DNA of 64,000 nucleotides from Alphaproteobacteria bacterium (GTDB lineage Bacteria > Pseudomonadota > Alphaproteobacteria > JASGCL01). The position numbers were made by a program, and so were the translations under genes. Every line of letters begins with the position of its first letter. Within the stretch, counting starts at the first letter, position 1. Shown here piece after piece: positions 18,585 to 28,244 of the stretch. The notes under the pieces were generated by a model that saw only the letters and a program-made list of their open reading frames with translations, was not told where the DNA came from and did no database searches. The stretch spans positions 24,639-88,638 of the forward strand of contig OZ241918.1 of the NCBI GenBank assembly GCA_965203915.1, written 5' to 3'.

Positions 18585-19175
18585 ATGAAAAAGAAAGAAA
18601 ATCCTGTCGCCTTTAAAAAAATTGCACCCTTTGCCGCGGGGATGATAATCTTGGTGCTGGCGTCGAATATCCTGGTTAATTTTCCTATCAACGACTGGTT
18701 AACCTTTGGTGCTTTTTCTTATCCTTTTAGTTTTTTATTATCTGACCTTTGTAATCGCCTGCATGGTTTGCACGCGGCGCGGCGGGTTGTGTTGTTTGGT
18801 CTCATCGGTATGGGGCTGACTTTTGTTTTTGCCTATTTCAATATTTGGGGGGTGGGTTATCGGGTCGCGGTGGCTTCGGTGTTGGCTTATGTCGTGGGCC
18901 AGGGTGCCGACTTAACTGTCTTTAACCGCTTGCGCCGTTCATCTTGGTGGCGCGCGCCGTTGATTGCGGGGTTGTTCGCTTCGCTTTTGGACAGTGTGGT
19001 TTTTTACTCCCTGGCCTTTTATGGCGTGGTCGACAATTGGGCGCAATTATCCATGGGTGATTTTGCCGTCAAATTGCTTTGTGTTGCTTTTGGCTTGGTG
19101 CCTTACCGCTACCTGTTAAAAAAATTACTACCCAACTTGCCGCAAACAATAAAAAAGCAATCGGCGAGGGCTTAA
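18585..19175 (+). CDS. yhhQ: queuosine-precursor transporter (YhhQ/VUT family)
   Basis: Polytopic 196-aa protein, FGAFSYPFSFLLSDLCNRLHG. It lies directly after queA-tgt. Confidence 0.7.
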   Translation: MKKKENPVAFKKIAPFAAGMIILVLASNILVNFPINDWLTFGAFSYPFSFLLSDLCNRLHGLHAARRVVLFGLIGMGLTFVFAYFNIWGVGYRVAVASVLAYVVGQGADLTVFNRLRRSSWWRAPLIAGLFASLLDSVVFYSLAFYGVVDNWAQLSMGDFAVKLLCVAFGLVPYRYLLKKLLPNLPQTIKKQSARA

Positions 19176-19239
19176 CCCCTTCCCGCGCCATGCCAACAGC
19201 GGGTTGCAGGCCAGCGTGGATTATGATAGAAATTTTATC

Positions 19240-19548
19240 ATGTATATCAAAATTTATCCTATTATCAAAAATGCTGGGCAATCGGGTCGGGCGGGCGCGG
19301 GCCATTGGCGTTTGCAGGTAATGGGCAACCGCGGCAGCAAACCCAATTCCATCATCGGTTGGTCGGGCGGCAATGATACCCTGTCGCAAGTTGACTTGCA
19401 TTTCCCCGACAAAGAAAGCGCTATCAACGCCGCCAAAAAATTGGGCATGCCATATCACATTGTTCCCAAACTTGAGGAACGCAAAATTGAACCAAAAAAT
19501 TATGCCGAAAATTTTTCCTATCGCCGCAGCGAACCCTGGACCCATTGA
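19240..19548 (+). CDS. NDUFS4-like 'ETC complex I subunit conserved region' protein
   Basis: KNAGQSGRAG...GWSGGNDTLSQVDLHFPDKESAINAAKKLGMPY resembles the alphaproteobacterial NDUFS4 homologues. The start is set at ATG 19240. Confidence 0.7.
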   Translation: MYIKIYPIIKNAGQSGRAGAGHWRLQVMGNRGSKPNSIIGWSGGNDTLSQVDLHFPDKESAINAAKKLGMPYHIVPKLEERKIEPKNYAENFSYRRSEPWTH

Positions 19549-19735
19549 TAGTAATGCAAACAACAACGTCCATTGTATAAAAAATAAAAACCAAATTCAT
19601 ATAAACAACCCGCGCCATAACTTTCAAAACAAATTTATAATGTATTCGGTATATCACTTCGCCATGGTTGGGCTTATAGATCGTTGCAAAAAATTGCTGC
19701 CCGTCATAACAATGTTATATCCCGAACAACCTCAC

Positions 19736-19811
19736 GCGCCCGTAGCTCAATGGATAGAGCAGCAGCCTTCTAAGCTGTTGGTTGAGGGTTCGATTCCTTC
19801 CGGGCGCGCCA
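19736..19811 (+). tRNA. tRNA-Arg (anticodon TCT)
   Basis: Cloverleaf read by hand: acceptor GCGCCCG/CGGGCGC, D arm GCTC..GAGC, anticodon stem GCAGC/GCTGT with loop CT-TCT-AA, T arm GAGGG-TTCGATT-CCTTC, encoded CCA. Confidence 0.9.
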
Positions 19812-19849
19812 GCTGTTATTATCCATTTTTGTTATCATAGGTCGCGCCC

Positions 19850-21043
19850 ATGCTTCATTTTTTTTCACCAAAAAATATTGTGCGGCCTGCCATGGCTTGG
19901 TTGTTGCTGTTTTCGATGTTGCTTGCCCCGCAACCAGGTTTAACGCAAACCAACAACGCAAAAGCAAAGAAGCCAGTGGTGGTTGATGCCCCCGTTAGCA
20001 TGCCGCTGATTGACAGCAACGAATGTTTAGAAACAGGACGGGTGAGCAGCACTTTTTTTAAAGTGCCAAAAACCTATGACCAATTCTTTAACAAACAAAT
20101 GGATGTTAAATCCTTGGTCGATAGCGATACAAAGCGGCTACGCGTTGCTTATTTCAGCCCCAATGTTCCCAATTCGCGGCAACGCGGCACCGTGGTTATT
20201 ATCATGGGGCGCGCCGAATATATAGAACATTATTGCGATGTTATTGGCTACCTGCGCGCGCTACGCTACGGCGTTCTCATTTACGATCTGCGTGGTCAAG
20301 GCATGTCGGACAGGATTATGAACAAAACCGAACCACATTTTTATGACAAGGGTTATGTTGAAGATTACAAAGATTATGTCAATGACCATGAATTGTTGAT
20401 GGCGAATTTTACCTCCTCCCTCATACGGCCTATTTATTTGATTGGTCATTCGCTGGGCGGGCAAATTGCGTTGCAGGTTATGTTGCGTGAAAAAAAATAT
20501 TTGGATGCTGATAAAAAATACCGTAGCCCCTATAAAAAAATGGTGGTGTTGGCGCCGATGTGGCAATTGCATCACCAATGGGCTATCAGGCCCATCCTCT
20601 TTACCATGGGGTCGCTGGCGGGCAAGAATGCCTTTTTCCCGAGCGAGGGTCCTTACCGTCCTGGAACTTTTTTCCTTAATAAAAAAACCCATTCGCGCGA
20701 ACGTTTTTATCGCTATCATGCCATGATAACAAAAAACAAATCGCTGCGTTTGGGGGGCGTAACTTATCAATGGCTACGCGCCACCCTCGCCAGCAATGAC
20801 GAACTATGGGATACAGTGGTTACGAAGGACGCGCTAAGCACCAACACCATTCCCCTGTTGGTGGTCAATGCGGCGGGCGACCAAATAGTCAATGCCCAGG
20901 CCGCCAGTCAAATGGCAACCCACATTGGGCTTAGCAAGACCATCAACCTTAGCAACAACAAACATGCGCTGTTGCAAGAAGACACGCCGCGCCTGCAAAA
21001 TTTGTTTGACATTATGATTGATTTTTTTAATGAAAAACAATAG
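19850..21043 (+). CDS. alpha/beta hydrolase (lysophospholipase-like), probably exported
   Basis: Signal-like N-terminus (AMAWLLLFSMLLAP) and a nucleophile elbow GHSLGG. Confidence 0.75.
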   Translation: MLHFFSPKNIVRPAMAWLLLFSMLLAPQPGLTQTNNAKAKKPVVVDAPVSMPLIDSNECLETGRVSSTFFKVPKTYDQFFNKQMDVKSLVDSDTKRLRVAYFSPNVPNSRQRGTVVIIMGRAEYIEHYCDVIGYLRALRYGVLIYDLRGQGMSDRIMNKTEPHFYDKGYVEDYKDYVNDHELLMANFTSSLIRPIYLIGHSLGGQIALQVMLREKKYLDADKKYRSPYKKMVVLAPMWQLHHQWAIRPILFTMGSLAGKNAFFPSEGPYRPGTFFLNKKTHSRERFYRYHAMITKNKSLRLGGVTYQWLRATLASNDELWDTVVTKDALSTNTIPLLVVNAAGDQIVNAQAASQMATHIGLSKTINLSNNKHALLQEDTPRLQNLFDIMIDFFNEKQ

Positions 21044-21075
21044 ACAGAAAAACATTATAAAAAATATTTTTTTTG

Positions 21076-21150
21076 GGGTGCGTAGCTCAGCGGTAGAGCA
21101 CTACATTCACATTGTAGGGGTCACAGGTTCAATCCCTGTCGCACCCACCA
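21076..21150 (+). tRNA. tRNA-Val (anticodon CAC)
   Basis: Acceptor GGGTGCG/CGCACCC, D arm GCTC..GAGC, anticodon stem CTACA/TGTAG with loop TT-CAC-AT, T arm ACAGG-TTCAATC-CCTGT, encoded CCA. Confidence 0.9.
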
Positions 21151-21197
21151 AAAAGCCAAGATAACCGAAGAACAAAATAAGCAAGAGGAAAAATACC

Positions 21198-21803
21198 ATG
21201 GATAAATTTAACAAATTACACGGCGTCGCCGCGCCATTAGAAATTATCAATGTTGATACCGACATGATTATTCCCAAACAATTTTTGAAAACCATCAAAC
21301 GCACGGGTTTGGGCAAAAACCTGTTTGATGAAATGCGCTACAACACCGACGGCAGTGAGAAGGAATCTTTTATCCTTAACAAACCTGCCTATCGCCATGC
21401 CAATATTCTTATTGCGGGTGATAATTTTGGTTGTGGGTCAAGCCGCGAACATGCGGTGTGGGCGCTTTCCGATTTTGGCATCAAGGCTATCATCGCCGAA
21501 TCCTTCGCCGATATTTTTTTTAACAATGCTTCCAAAAACGGCATCTTGCTTATCACCCTACCCAAAGACCAGGTGCAATCCTTGATGAAAAAAGCCGAGC
21601 GTGGCCAAAACGCCACCATGACCATCGACCTGGAAAAACAAACCATCACCGACCCCGATGGCGCGGAAATAAAATTTGATATCGAAGAATTCAAAAAACA
21701 TTGCCTGCTCAACGGGCTTGACGATATTGGTTTAACCAGCCAGCATGAAAAAACCATCACCGATTTTGAAACCAAAGACCAAGCAAAAAGGCCGTGGTTG
21801 TAA
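21198..21803 (+). CDS. leuD: 3-isopropylmalate dehydratase small subunit
   Basis: [14 protein letters not shown]...[14 protein letters not shown]...[13 protein letters not shown]. Confidence 0.9.
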   Translation: MDKFNKLHGVAAPLEIINVDTDMIIPKQFLKTIKRTGLGKNLFDEMRYNTDGSEKESFILNKPAYRHANILIAGDNFGCGSSREHAVWALSDFGIKAIIAESFADIFFNNASKNGILLITLPKDQVQSLMKKAERGQNATMTIDLEKQTITDPDGAEIKFDIEEFKKHCLLNGLDDIGLTSQHEKTITDFETKDQAKRPWL

Positions 21804-21840
21804 GCGGTAATTCTATATAGAGGGACAATCGAACGGGACA

Positions 21841-22629
21841 ATGGTAGTAGATTTAGATGTAATAAAAGAACGCGCCGCCCAAGCCGCCAAAACCAAGGCC
21901 AGTATAAAAGCTAGCACAAAAACCGATGCAAAGGTCGCAAAAAAGCATTCGGCAAATGACTCTATCAGCATGGGGGTTTTGCTAGCAGTGGGAATAGCGA
22001 TAGTTATCATCTATCATTTTTTAAAATCTTTAATTAGCCCCGTGGTAAGGGCTTCCAGAGTTAGCCTTGTATCCAACATAGGTGAATATTGGGTAAAGGA
22101 AGCTTTGGAACAATTAGACCCCGATGAATATAAAACCTTACATGATATTTTTTTACCCACCACAGGCGATATATCGCAAACCCAAATTGACCATGTGGTG
22201 ATTTCAAATTACGGGGTGTTTTGCATTGAAACAAAATCTTTCAACGGCAAGATTTACGGCAACGGCAACAAAAGCTACTGGAGTCAATTTTTGTATGGCA
22301 ACGAATATCTTTTTATGAATCCTTGTCGTCAAAATTATAAACATACCCAGGCAATAAAAGAATGTATTAGAAAAAAATGTGTTTTTTCTATTATTGTCTT
22401 CACCCATGTTATAGAGGTCAAGGTCGCCAACACCAGCGAGGTGGTGGTAGGAGTGGAGGATTTGATAAGAAAAATAATGTCGTTTCACAAAAAAATTTTA
22501 ACCGACAACGAACGAGAAGAAATATATCAGCTACTGCTTGCCAATAACATTGACAGCCCCGACATTCGCCAGCGACACCATACAGAAGTACAGATGAAAA
22601 AAAGCCAAATTCCCACTCATCATTTTTAA
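21841..22629 (+). CDS. NERD (nuclease-related domain) protein with N-terminal membrane anchor
   Basis: Lys/Ala-rich N-terminus, one hydrophobic helix (MGVLLAVGIAIVIIY), then QIDHVVISNYGVFCIETKSFNGKIYGNGNKSYWSQ, the typical NERD core. It is AT-richer than leuD and leuB. Confidence 0.7.
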   Translation: MVVDLDVIKERAAQAAKTKASIKASTKTDAKVAKKHSANDSISMGVLLAVGIAIVIIYHFLKSLISPVVRASRVSLVSNIGEYWVKEALEQLDPDEYKTLHDIFLPTTGDISQTQIDHVVISNYGVFCIETKSFNGKIYGNGNKSYWSQFLYGNEYLFMNPCRQNYKHTQAIKECIRKKCVFSIIVFTHVIEVKVANTSEVVVGVEDLIRKIMSFHKKILTDNEREEIYQLLLANNIDSPDIRQRHHTEVQMKKSQIPTHHF

Positions 22630-22703
22630 ATAAAGGTTTTATTGACAAGCCACAAAAAAGTTTTTATAAAAAATTATCTTTTTAATAGAGCCGCAAAACA
22701 AAA

Positions 22704-23798
22704 ATGACCAACAACAACATCCTCATCTTGCCTGGCGACGGTATAGGGACCGAGGTCATGGCCGAGGTCATAAAGATCCTCTCCTACCTCAAATTAAAAA
22801 ACCTTATCAATTGGCAATGGGAAGTCGAACCCATCGGCGGTGCATGTTACGATAAATTTGGCGCGCCCATCACCGACGCCATCATGGCAAAGGCTAAAAA
22901 TGCCGCCGCCATATTGTTCGGCGCGGTGGGTGGCCCGCAATATGACAATGTGCCGCGCGATAAACGCCCCGAAGCAGCATTATTACAATTACGCAAAGAC
23001 CTTGATCTGTTTGCCAATATTCGCCCCGCCAAGGTTTTTGCCCCCTTGCTCGATGCCTCGACCTTAAAAAAAGAAATTGTTGAAAACCTTGACATCATTA
23101 TCATTCGCGAATTAACCGCGGGGGTTTATTTTGGCACGCCGCGCGGCGAACAAATATTACCCAACGGCACCAAACGGGTTATTGACACGCAAAGTTACAC
23201 CGCCGAAGAAATCATACGTATTGGGCGCGTGGGTTTTGAAACGGCGCGCCAACGCGGTAAAAAACTTCATTCGGTGGAAAAAGCCAATGTCATGGAAACG
23301 GGGGCATTCTGGCGGCGCACCATAATCGCCCTGCACCAAGAATACCCCGATGTTCAATTGCAACATATGTATGCCGACAATTGCGCCATGCAATTGATGC
23401 GCAACCCCAAACAATTCGATGTCATCGTCACCGATAATTTATTCGGCGACGTTTTGTCTGACGCCGCGGCGATGGCCACGGGCAGTTTGGGCATGTTGCC
23501 ATCGGCCAGTTTGGGCGCGCGCCGCGCCGATGGTTCGGTGCCGTCGATGTATGAACCTATCCATGGTTCGGCCCCCGATATTGCGGGCAAAAATATTGCC
23601 AACCCCCTGGCGGCGATTTTATCCCTTGCCATGTGTTGCCGTTACAGTTTTGCCAACGAAACCTTGGCGCAAAAAATTGAATCGGCCGTGGAAAAAGTTT
23701 TGGCAAACGGCATGCGCACCGCCGATATAAAAGACCCCAGCACAAAAAAAATCGCCACCACCAGCGAAATGGGTGCGGCCGTGCTGGCCGCGTTGTAA
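22704..23798 (+). CDS. leuB: 3-isopropylmalate dehydrogenase
   Basis: ILILPGDGIGTEV, LFGAVGGPQYD, NLFGDVLSDAAAMATGSLGMLPSAS. Confidence 0.95.
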   Translation: MTNNNILILPGDGIGTEVMAEVIKILSYLKLKNLINWQWEVEPIGGACYDKFGAPITDAIMAKAKNAAAILFGAVGGPQYDNVPRDKRPEAALLQLRKDLDLFANIRPAKVFAPLLDASTLKKEIVENLDIIIIRELTAGVYFGTPRGEQILPNGTKRVIDTQSYTAEEIIRIGRVGFETARQRGKKLHSVEKANVMETGAFWRRTIIALHQEYPDVQLQHMYADNCAMQLMRNPKQFDVIVTDNLFGDVLSDAAAMATGSLGMLPSASLGARRADGSVPSMYEPIHGSAPDIAGKNIANPLAAILSLAMCCRYSFANETLAQKIESAVEKVLANGMRTADIKDPSTKKIATTSEMGAAVLAAL

Positions 23799-23902
23799 AA
23801 AATAATATTGAGGTAGGCAAAAATATTGCCCCACCCACCGCAACGCCCCGCGACTGTAAGGCCGTTTGAATTTATTGATACAAGTGATATGAAGACAATA
23901 TC

Positions 23903-24925
23903 ATGGTAGAAAACACTCCCCCGCAAGAAAGTTTCTGGCAAGGTTATGCCAAGGACGGAATGGAATTCTTTAAGGAATGGTTTGATAACAACCTCACCCT
24001 GCTCGCGGAATCATTCACCAACCCTGCTCCTTCACCCAACATGGTTATCTTCCCCACCGAAACCGTGTGGGGGCTTGGTGCTTGCGCGCTTGACAATAAT
24101 GAAAACCGATTATCGTTGGATAATATCTATGAATTAAAGGGTCGCGAAAAAACAAAACCCTTCTCTATCCTTTTGTCAAACGCCCGCCTCATTAATAAAA
24201 TTGCTTGCCCAACACCCCAACAAAAAGAATTATTAGAAAACATCATCCTTGCTGGTCATCTGTTTTTGGGTAAGTTATCACTTGTTTTGCCCTACGACCC
24301 CAACAACACGCTGTGGAAACTTGCCCCCCATTGTTACAGCAACCTAGATGGTGGGCAGGCCGCTGTCTGCCTCCGCCTGCCTTGTCATCCCTTAACAAGA
24401 TTTTTTTTGCAAGCCATCGAACAACGGCTTGGTTCGCCGCTTGCCGTAACCTCGGTCAATATATCGGGGCAAAAAAATGAAGTAAAAAATATAACAGGGG
24501 CATCAGATTTTATAAATATCCATCCCGATTTTTTTCCGCAAACGCCCGACATCTATCCTTTTCAATCGCCCATCATCCATTCTTTTCAACAGATTTTTTC
24601 CAGCAACCCAAGCGCAAAAATTATTCATCCCACCCCCCATGCGCCCGTTGCTTACTATTTTTTTATACGAAACATCATCAAGCCGCTGTTAAATACCATA
24701 TGGCCATTTTATGACTTGGGCGATTCTTATGACCTTCTCTCTCAACCCATTTCCTTTGCTGAATTGTTTGCCGATATAGATAAAAAATTAATGGCCGACA
24801 AAAGATTGCATGTTGGCCAACCCTCCACCGTTCTTTCGCTGCTGGGTGATAAGCCAACAATTTTACGCCACGGTGCCGCGTCAAAAAATGAAATAGAATC
24901 AACGCTGAACATCAACATCGATTAA
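23903..24925 (+). CDS. YrdC/Sua5-family L-threonylcarbamoyladenylate synthase-like protein
   Basis: VIFPTETVWGLGACA, LKGREKTKPFSILL, LRLPCHPL, AVTSVNISGQ. It has an extended, poorly conserved C-terminal part. The start is uncertain. Confidence 0.65.
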   Translation: MVENTPPQESFWQGYAKDGMEFFKEWFDNNLTLLAESFTNPAPSPNMVIFPTETVWGLGACALDNNENRLSLDNIYELKGREKTKPFSILLSNARLINKIACPTPQQKELLENIILAGHLFLGKLSLVLPYDPNNTLWKLAPHCYSNLDGGQAAVCLRLPCHPLTRFFLQAIEQRLGSPLAVTSVNISGQKNEVKNITGASDFINIHPDFFPQTPDIYPFQSPIIHSFQQIFSSNPSAKIIHPTPHAPVAYYFFIRNIIKPLLNTIWPFYDLGDSYDLLSQPISFAELFADIDKKLMADKRLHVGQPSTVLSLLGDKPTILRHGAASKNEIESTLNINID

Positions 24926-25014
24926 TTCAAATTTGGCTTTTATTATTTAATAAATTCTTTTGACAGTGTTTTTCCCTTATGCTAAATTTTTTCGATAAAA
25001 GAAAAGGAGCAGGG

Positions 25015-26652
25015 ATGACCAACCAACAAAAATATGACGCAATAATTGTCGGCTCGGGACACAACGCTTTGGTAACCGCCAATTACTTACAACGCGCTGG
25101 TTTGTCCACTTTGGTGATTGAAAAAACGGCTCATATCGGTGGTGCCGCCACTTCCATCTCTCATTACAAAACCAAAGAGCAGGATTGGCTATACAGCAAT
25201 TGTTCCTATGTCTGCAGTTTGTTTCGGTCGGAAATTTGGCGCGATTTAGAATTAACAAAATTTGGTTTGCAAGTCATTCCCTATGAAAGTGGCGGCGTCA
25301 TTGTGGATAATGGGCGCGATTATTTTTCTACCTACGCCGACCATTATGCGCAACGCCGCGAAATTGCCCGTCATAATTTGCAAGACGTCGATGCCTACGA
25401 ACGCATCGGGCAATTTCTAACCCGCCAAGCCAGGTTTATCAAAGACCTGTTGCTGCGCACCCCGCCCGATCCCGTCAAATTGGGCATCAGCGATATTTCC
25501 GAACTTATTTTCTTGGCAAAAAAATATGGCGACCTGGGGGCCAAGGATATGGCGGAAATGATAAGGTTCTTCACCATTTCGGCGGCCGATTTCGTGCGCG
25601 AATATTTTCAAACCTCCGCCATTCAATCATTGTATGCTGGCTCGGGCATTATTGGTTCGGGCATGTCGGTCGCGTCGCCTGGCACGGCCTATGTTTTGTT
25701 GCATCATTTCATGGGCGATGTTGACGGCGTCTACGCCGCATGGGGCTATGCCCGCGGCGGCATGGGTGCCATCACCCAAGCCCTTGCCAAGTCTTATGAA
25801 TCGGTCGGCGGGAAAATAGTGGCGGGCAACGGTATCAAAGAATTTTTGGTGCGCGGCAACCAAGTGCGCGGCGTGTTGTGCGACAATGGCGATGTTTACA
25901 ACGCCAAGGTTGTTGCATCGGGCATGGACGCCCGCCAAACATTTGTCAACCACATGCCCAGCGAATATTTGCCCGACGATTTTACGGCCGCGGTCAAAAA
26001 TTTTAAATTTCGCGGTTCGTCGGGTAAATTAAATGTTGCGCTGGACGGCTTGCCCAAATTTTCTTGCATCCCTGACGATGCGGCCTGCCTTGCGGGGGAT
26101 TTGCATATGGAAGATAATTTGGATGTTTATGAACAATCTTACGATGATTGGCGTCGTGGCAATTGGTCGCGCCGCCCCTATGTTGATATGCTAATGGGCA
26201 GCCTTATCGACCCCACCATGGCGCCCCCTGGCAAACATGTTGTATCATTTTTCGTTCAATATGTGCCCTATGAATTATCAAATGGCCGCGAATGGAATGA
26301 AGAAAACAAAAAAGCCTTTGCCGATTGCGTTATCAATTCGGCGGCGCGTTATTGCGACATTAAAGAAAAAATTTTGCATATGGAGGTCCGCACACCCAAA
26401 GATATCGAGCAAGAAGTCGGCCTAACCGAAGGGAATATTTTCCAAGGCGAATTATCGCTTGACCAATTGTTATTCAATCGCCCCGTGCCAGGCTACGCCC
26501 AATATCGCAGTCCTATCAAGGGGCTTTATATTTGCGGCGCGTCCACCCACCCAGGGGGCGGCGTCATGGGTGCCAACGGCGCCAACGCGGCTCGCGAAAT
26601 TTTAAAAGATTTGAAGAAACCCCGTGTCGGCATCGCCCTTAACACCCAATAA
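25015..26652 (+). CDS. NAD(P)/FAD-dependent oxidoreductase, phytoene-desaturase (CrtI)-like family
   Basis: AGGAG 6 nt before ATG 25015. YDAIIVGSGHNALVTANYLQRAGLSTLVIEK...GGAA dinucleotide fold. C-terminal GLYICGASTHPGGGVMG. Confidence 0.75.
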   Translation: MTNQQKYDAIIVGSGHNALVTANYLQRAGLSTLVIEKTAHIGGAATSISHYKTKEQDWLYSNCSYVCSLFRSEIWRDLELTKFGLQVIPYESGGVIVDNGRDYFSTYADHYAQRREIARHNLQDVDAYERIGQFLTRQARFIKDLLLRTPPDPVKLGISDISELIFLAKKYGDLGAKDMAEMIRFFTISAADFVREYFQTSAIQSLYAGSGIIGSGMSVASPGTAYVLLHHFMGDVDGVYAAWGYARGGMGAITQALAKSYESVGGKIVAGNGIKEFLVRGNQVRGVLCDNGDVYNAKVVASGMDARQTFVNHMPSEYLPDDFTAAVKNFKFRGSSGKLNVALDGLPKFSCIPDDAACLAGDLHMEDNLDVYEQSYDDWRRGNWSRRPYVDMLMGSLIDPTMAPPGKHVVSFFVQYVPYELSNGREWNEENKKAFADCVINSAARYCDIKEKILHMEVRTPKDIEQEVGLTEGNIFQGELSLDQLLFNRPVPGYAQYRSPIKGLYICGASTHPGGGVMGANGANAAREILKDLKKPRVGIALNTQ

Positions 26653-28226
26653 TGAAGAAAGATAACAAGATGTTTAAACGCAAAAAAATTATTATTATCG
26701 GCGGTGGGGTTAATGGCTTATCGGCCGCCCTGCAATTATCGCGCGCGCCATTCGCCATGCTACGCCGCAAAATAATTATTGTGGAGGCTGACAAAACATT
26801 GGGCGGTTTGGCGCGCCACGCCGATTATTGTTATGGCTTGCCGCGCCCCATTCGCTCGCAACTTTTTTGGGGTGGTTTTAGCCTGGGCAAAAAAATGACC
26901 AGCGTTGCATTGGGTGCCAACCAAGAGCAAGTGGTGGTTGCCCCCACCCGCCGTGGCACAAAATACGTCGGCAGCGATATTAGCCTGGCTAAAAATCATC
27001 AGGCATTAGAAAAGAAAATGAAAAAATACACCAGCATTTGGCAAAAAATCGTTAACCACGCGCCGCCAAAATTTGAAGGCGGCAACACAAGTGACCTGTG
27101 CAACTTGGCATCGGCGGGTTTGGCTTTTAAATTGATGGGCAAAAAATCCCAATATGATTTTTTAAAAGTTGTTGGACAAAATGTTGATGATGTTTTTAAC
27201 GAACATCTTGCCGAAGGTAGCAGCCAAACCCTGACCAGTTTATGGAATTTCCAAAGTTACCACGGCAGTGGTCTTTACGCCACCCATTCGGGCAGCATGA
27301 CCGCATTATGGTCGCGCCAAAGCCATGATAAAAATTTGGGATTATCGGCCTACGCCTTTAATCCTGAAAAATTTTTTCGTGCTTTCGAACGGGTATTAAA
27401 ACGGCGCGGCGTAACCATTGAAACTGACAAAAAGGTTGCCGCCATCTTGTCCGAATTACAGGGCAAGGAACAAAAAATTACGGGCGTTAAATTGAGCAAT
27501 GGCACGGTGATTGTCGCCGACGCGGTGTTGTCAACCCTGGCGCCGCACCGCACCATCGAACTGGTGGGGGCCAATAATTTTGATGGCGAATTGGTGCGCC
27601 GCACGCGCCATGTGCGCGGTCGCGCGTTGGTAACAAAAATGGTTATCACGCCAAAAACCATGCCGCAAATTTTTGCCGATTATAAAAAATCCCCCGTCAG
27701 AATAATCATCACGGGCGGTCGCCAAGAATTAGAATATCAATATCTTGATAGCAAATATTTATCCTACGCCGAAGAATTCCCGATGGCCATAACTTGGCGC
27801 GCGGGCAAATTATGGTTGCAAGTATTTAACCAACCACTGCGCGCCCCACAAAATGCCGCGCAGGTTAAAACCATTGTTTTAAAACAATTGGAAAAATATT
27901 TGCCTGATTTAACGGTGGAGAAGGTCGAAGTTATTTTGCCCAACGACATGTTGCCATATGCGGGCGGCGAACATTATGACGAGGATGGCAACGCCGATTT
28001 CCCCAAAGCCCACCCCGCGGCTTGGCATCATGCCGATCTAACACTGGACCAATGTTGGGCATGGCGTCCCATCAACGGCGTGACGTCGGGGGCGTCGATT
28101 GGGTTTAGCCATTATCGCACGCCGATTAAAAACCTGTATGTCGGCGGGGCAAGTTGCCACCCAGGCGGCGACTTGCACGGTATGGCGGGGTTGTTGGCGG
28201 CAAAAACCATCCTGAAGTCTATATAA
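26652..28226 (+). CDS. second CrtI-like FAD-dependent oxidoreductase
   Basis: The ATG overlaps the upstream stop (TAATG). KIIIIGGGVNGLSAALQLS and C-terminal NLYVGGASCHPGGDLHG. Distant paralogue of the preceding gene. Confidence 0.7.
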   Translation: MKKDNKMFKRKKIIIIGGGVNGLSAALQLSRAPFAMLRRKIIIVEADKTLGGLARHADYCYGLPRPIRSQLFWGGFSLGKKMTSVALGANQEQVVVAPTRRGTKYVGSDISLAKNHQALEKKMKKYTSIWQKIVNHAPPKFEGGNTSDLCNLASAGLAFKLMGKKSQYDFLKVVGQNVDDVFNEHLAEGSSQTLTSLWNFQSYHGSGLYATHSGSMTALWSRQSHDKNLGLSAYAFNPEKFFRAFERVLKRRGVTIETDKKVAAILSELQGKEQKITGVKLSNGTVIVADAVLSTLAPHRTIELVGANNFDGELVRRTRHVRGRALVTKMVITPKTMPQIFADYKKSPVRIIITGGRQELEYQYLDSKYLSYAEEFPMAITWRAGKLWLQVFNQPLRAPQNAAQVKTIVLKQLEKYLPDLTVEKVEVILPNDMLPYAGGEHYDEDGNADFPKAHPAAWHHADLTLDQCWAWRPINGVTSGASIGFSHYRTPIKNLYVGGASCHPGGDLHGMAGLLAAKTILKSI

Positions 28227-28244
28227 ATAAAAAGGAGAACGAAC

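Noticed and set aside
19373-19840. 155-aa ORF spanning the NDUFS4-like gene's 3' end and the tRNA-Arg.
   Set aside because: It overlaps a clear tRNA gene and an AT-rich spacer, with no coding signal.
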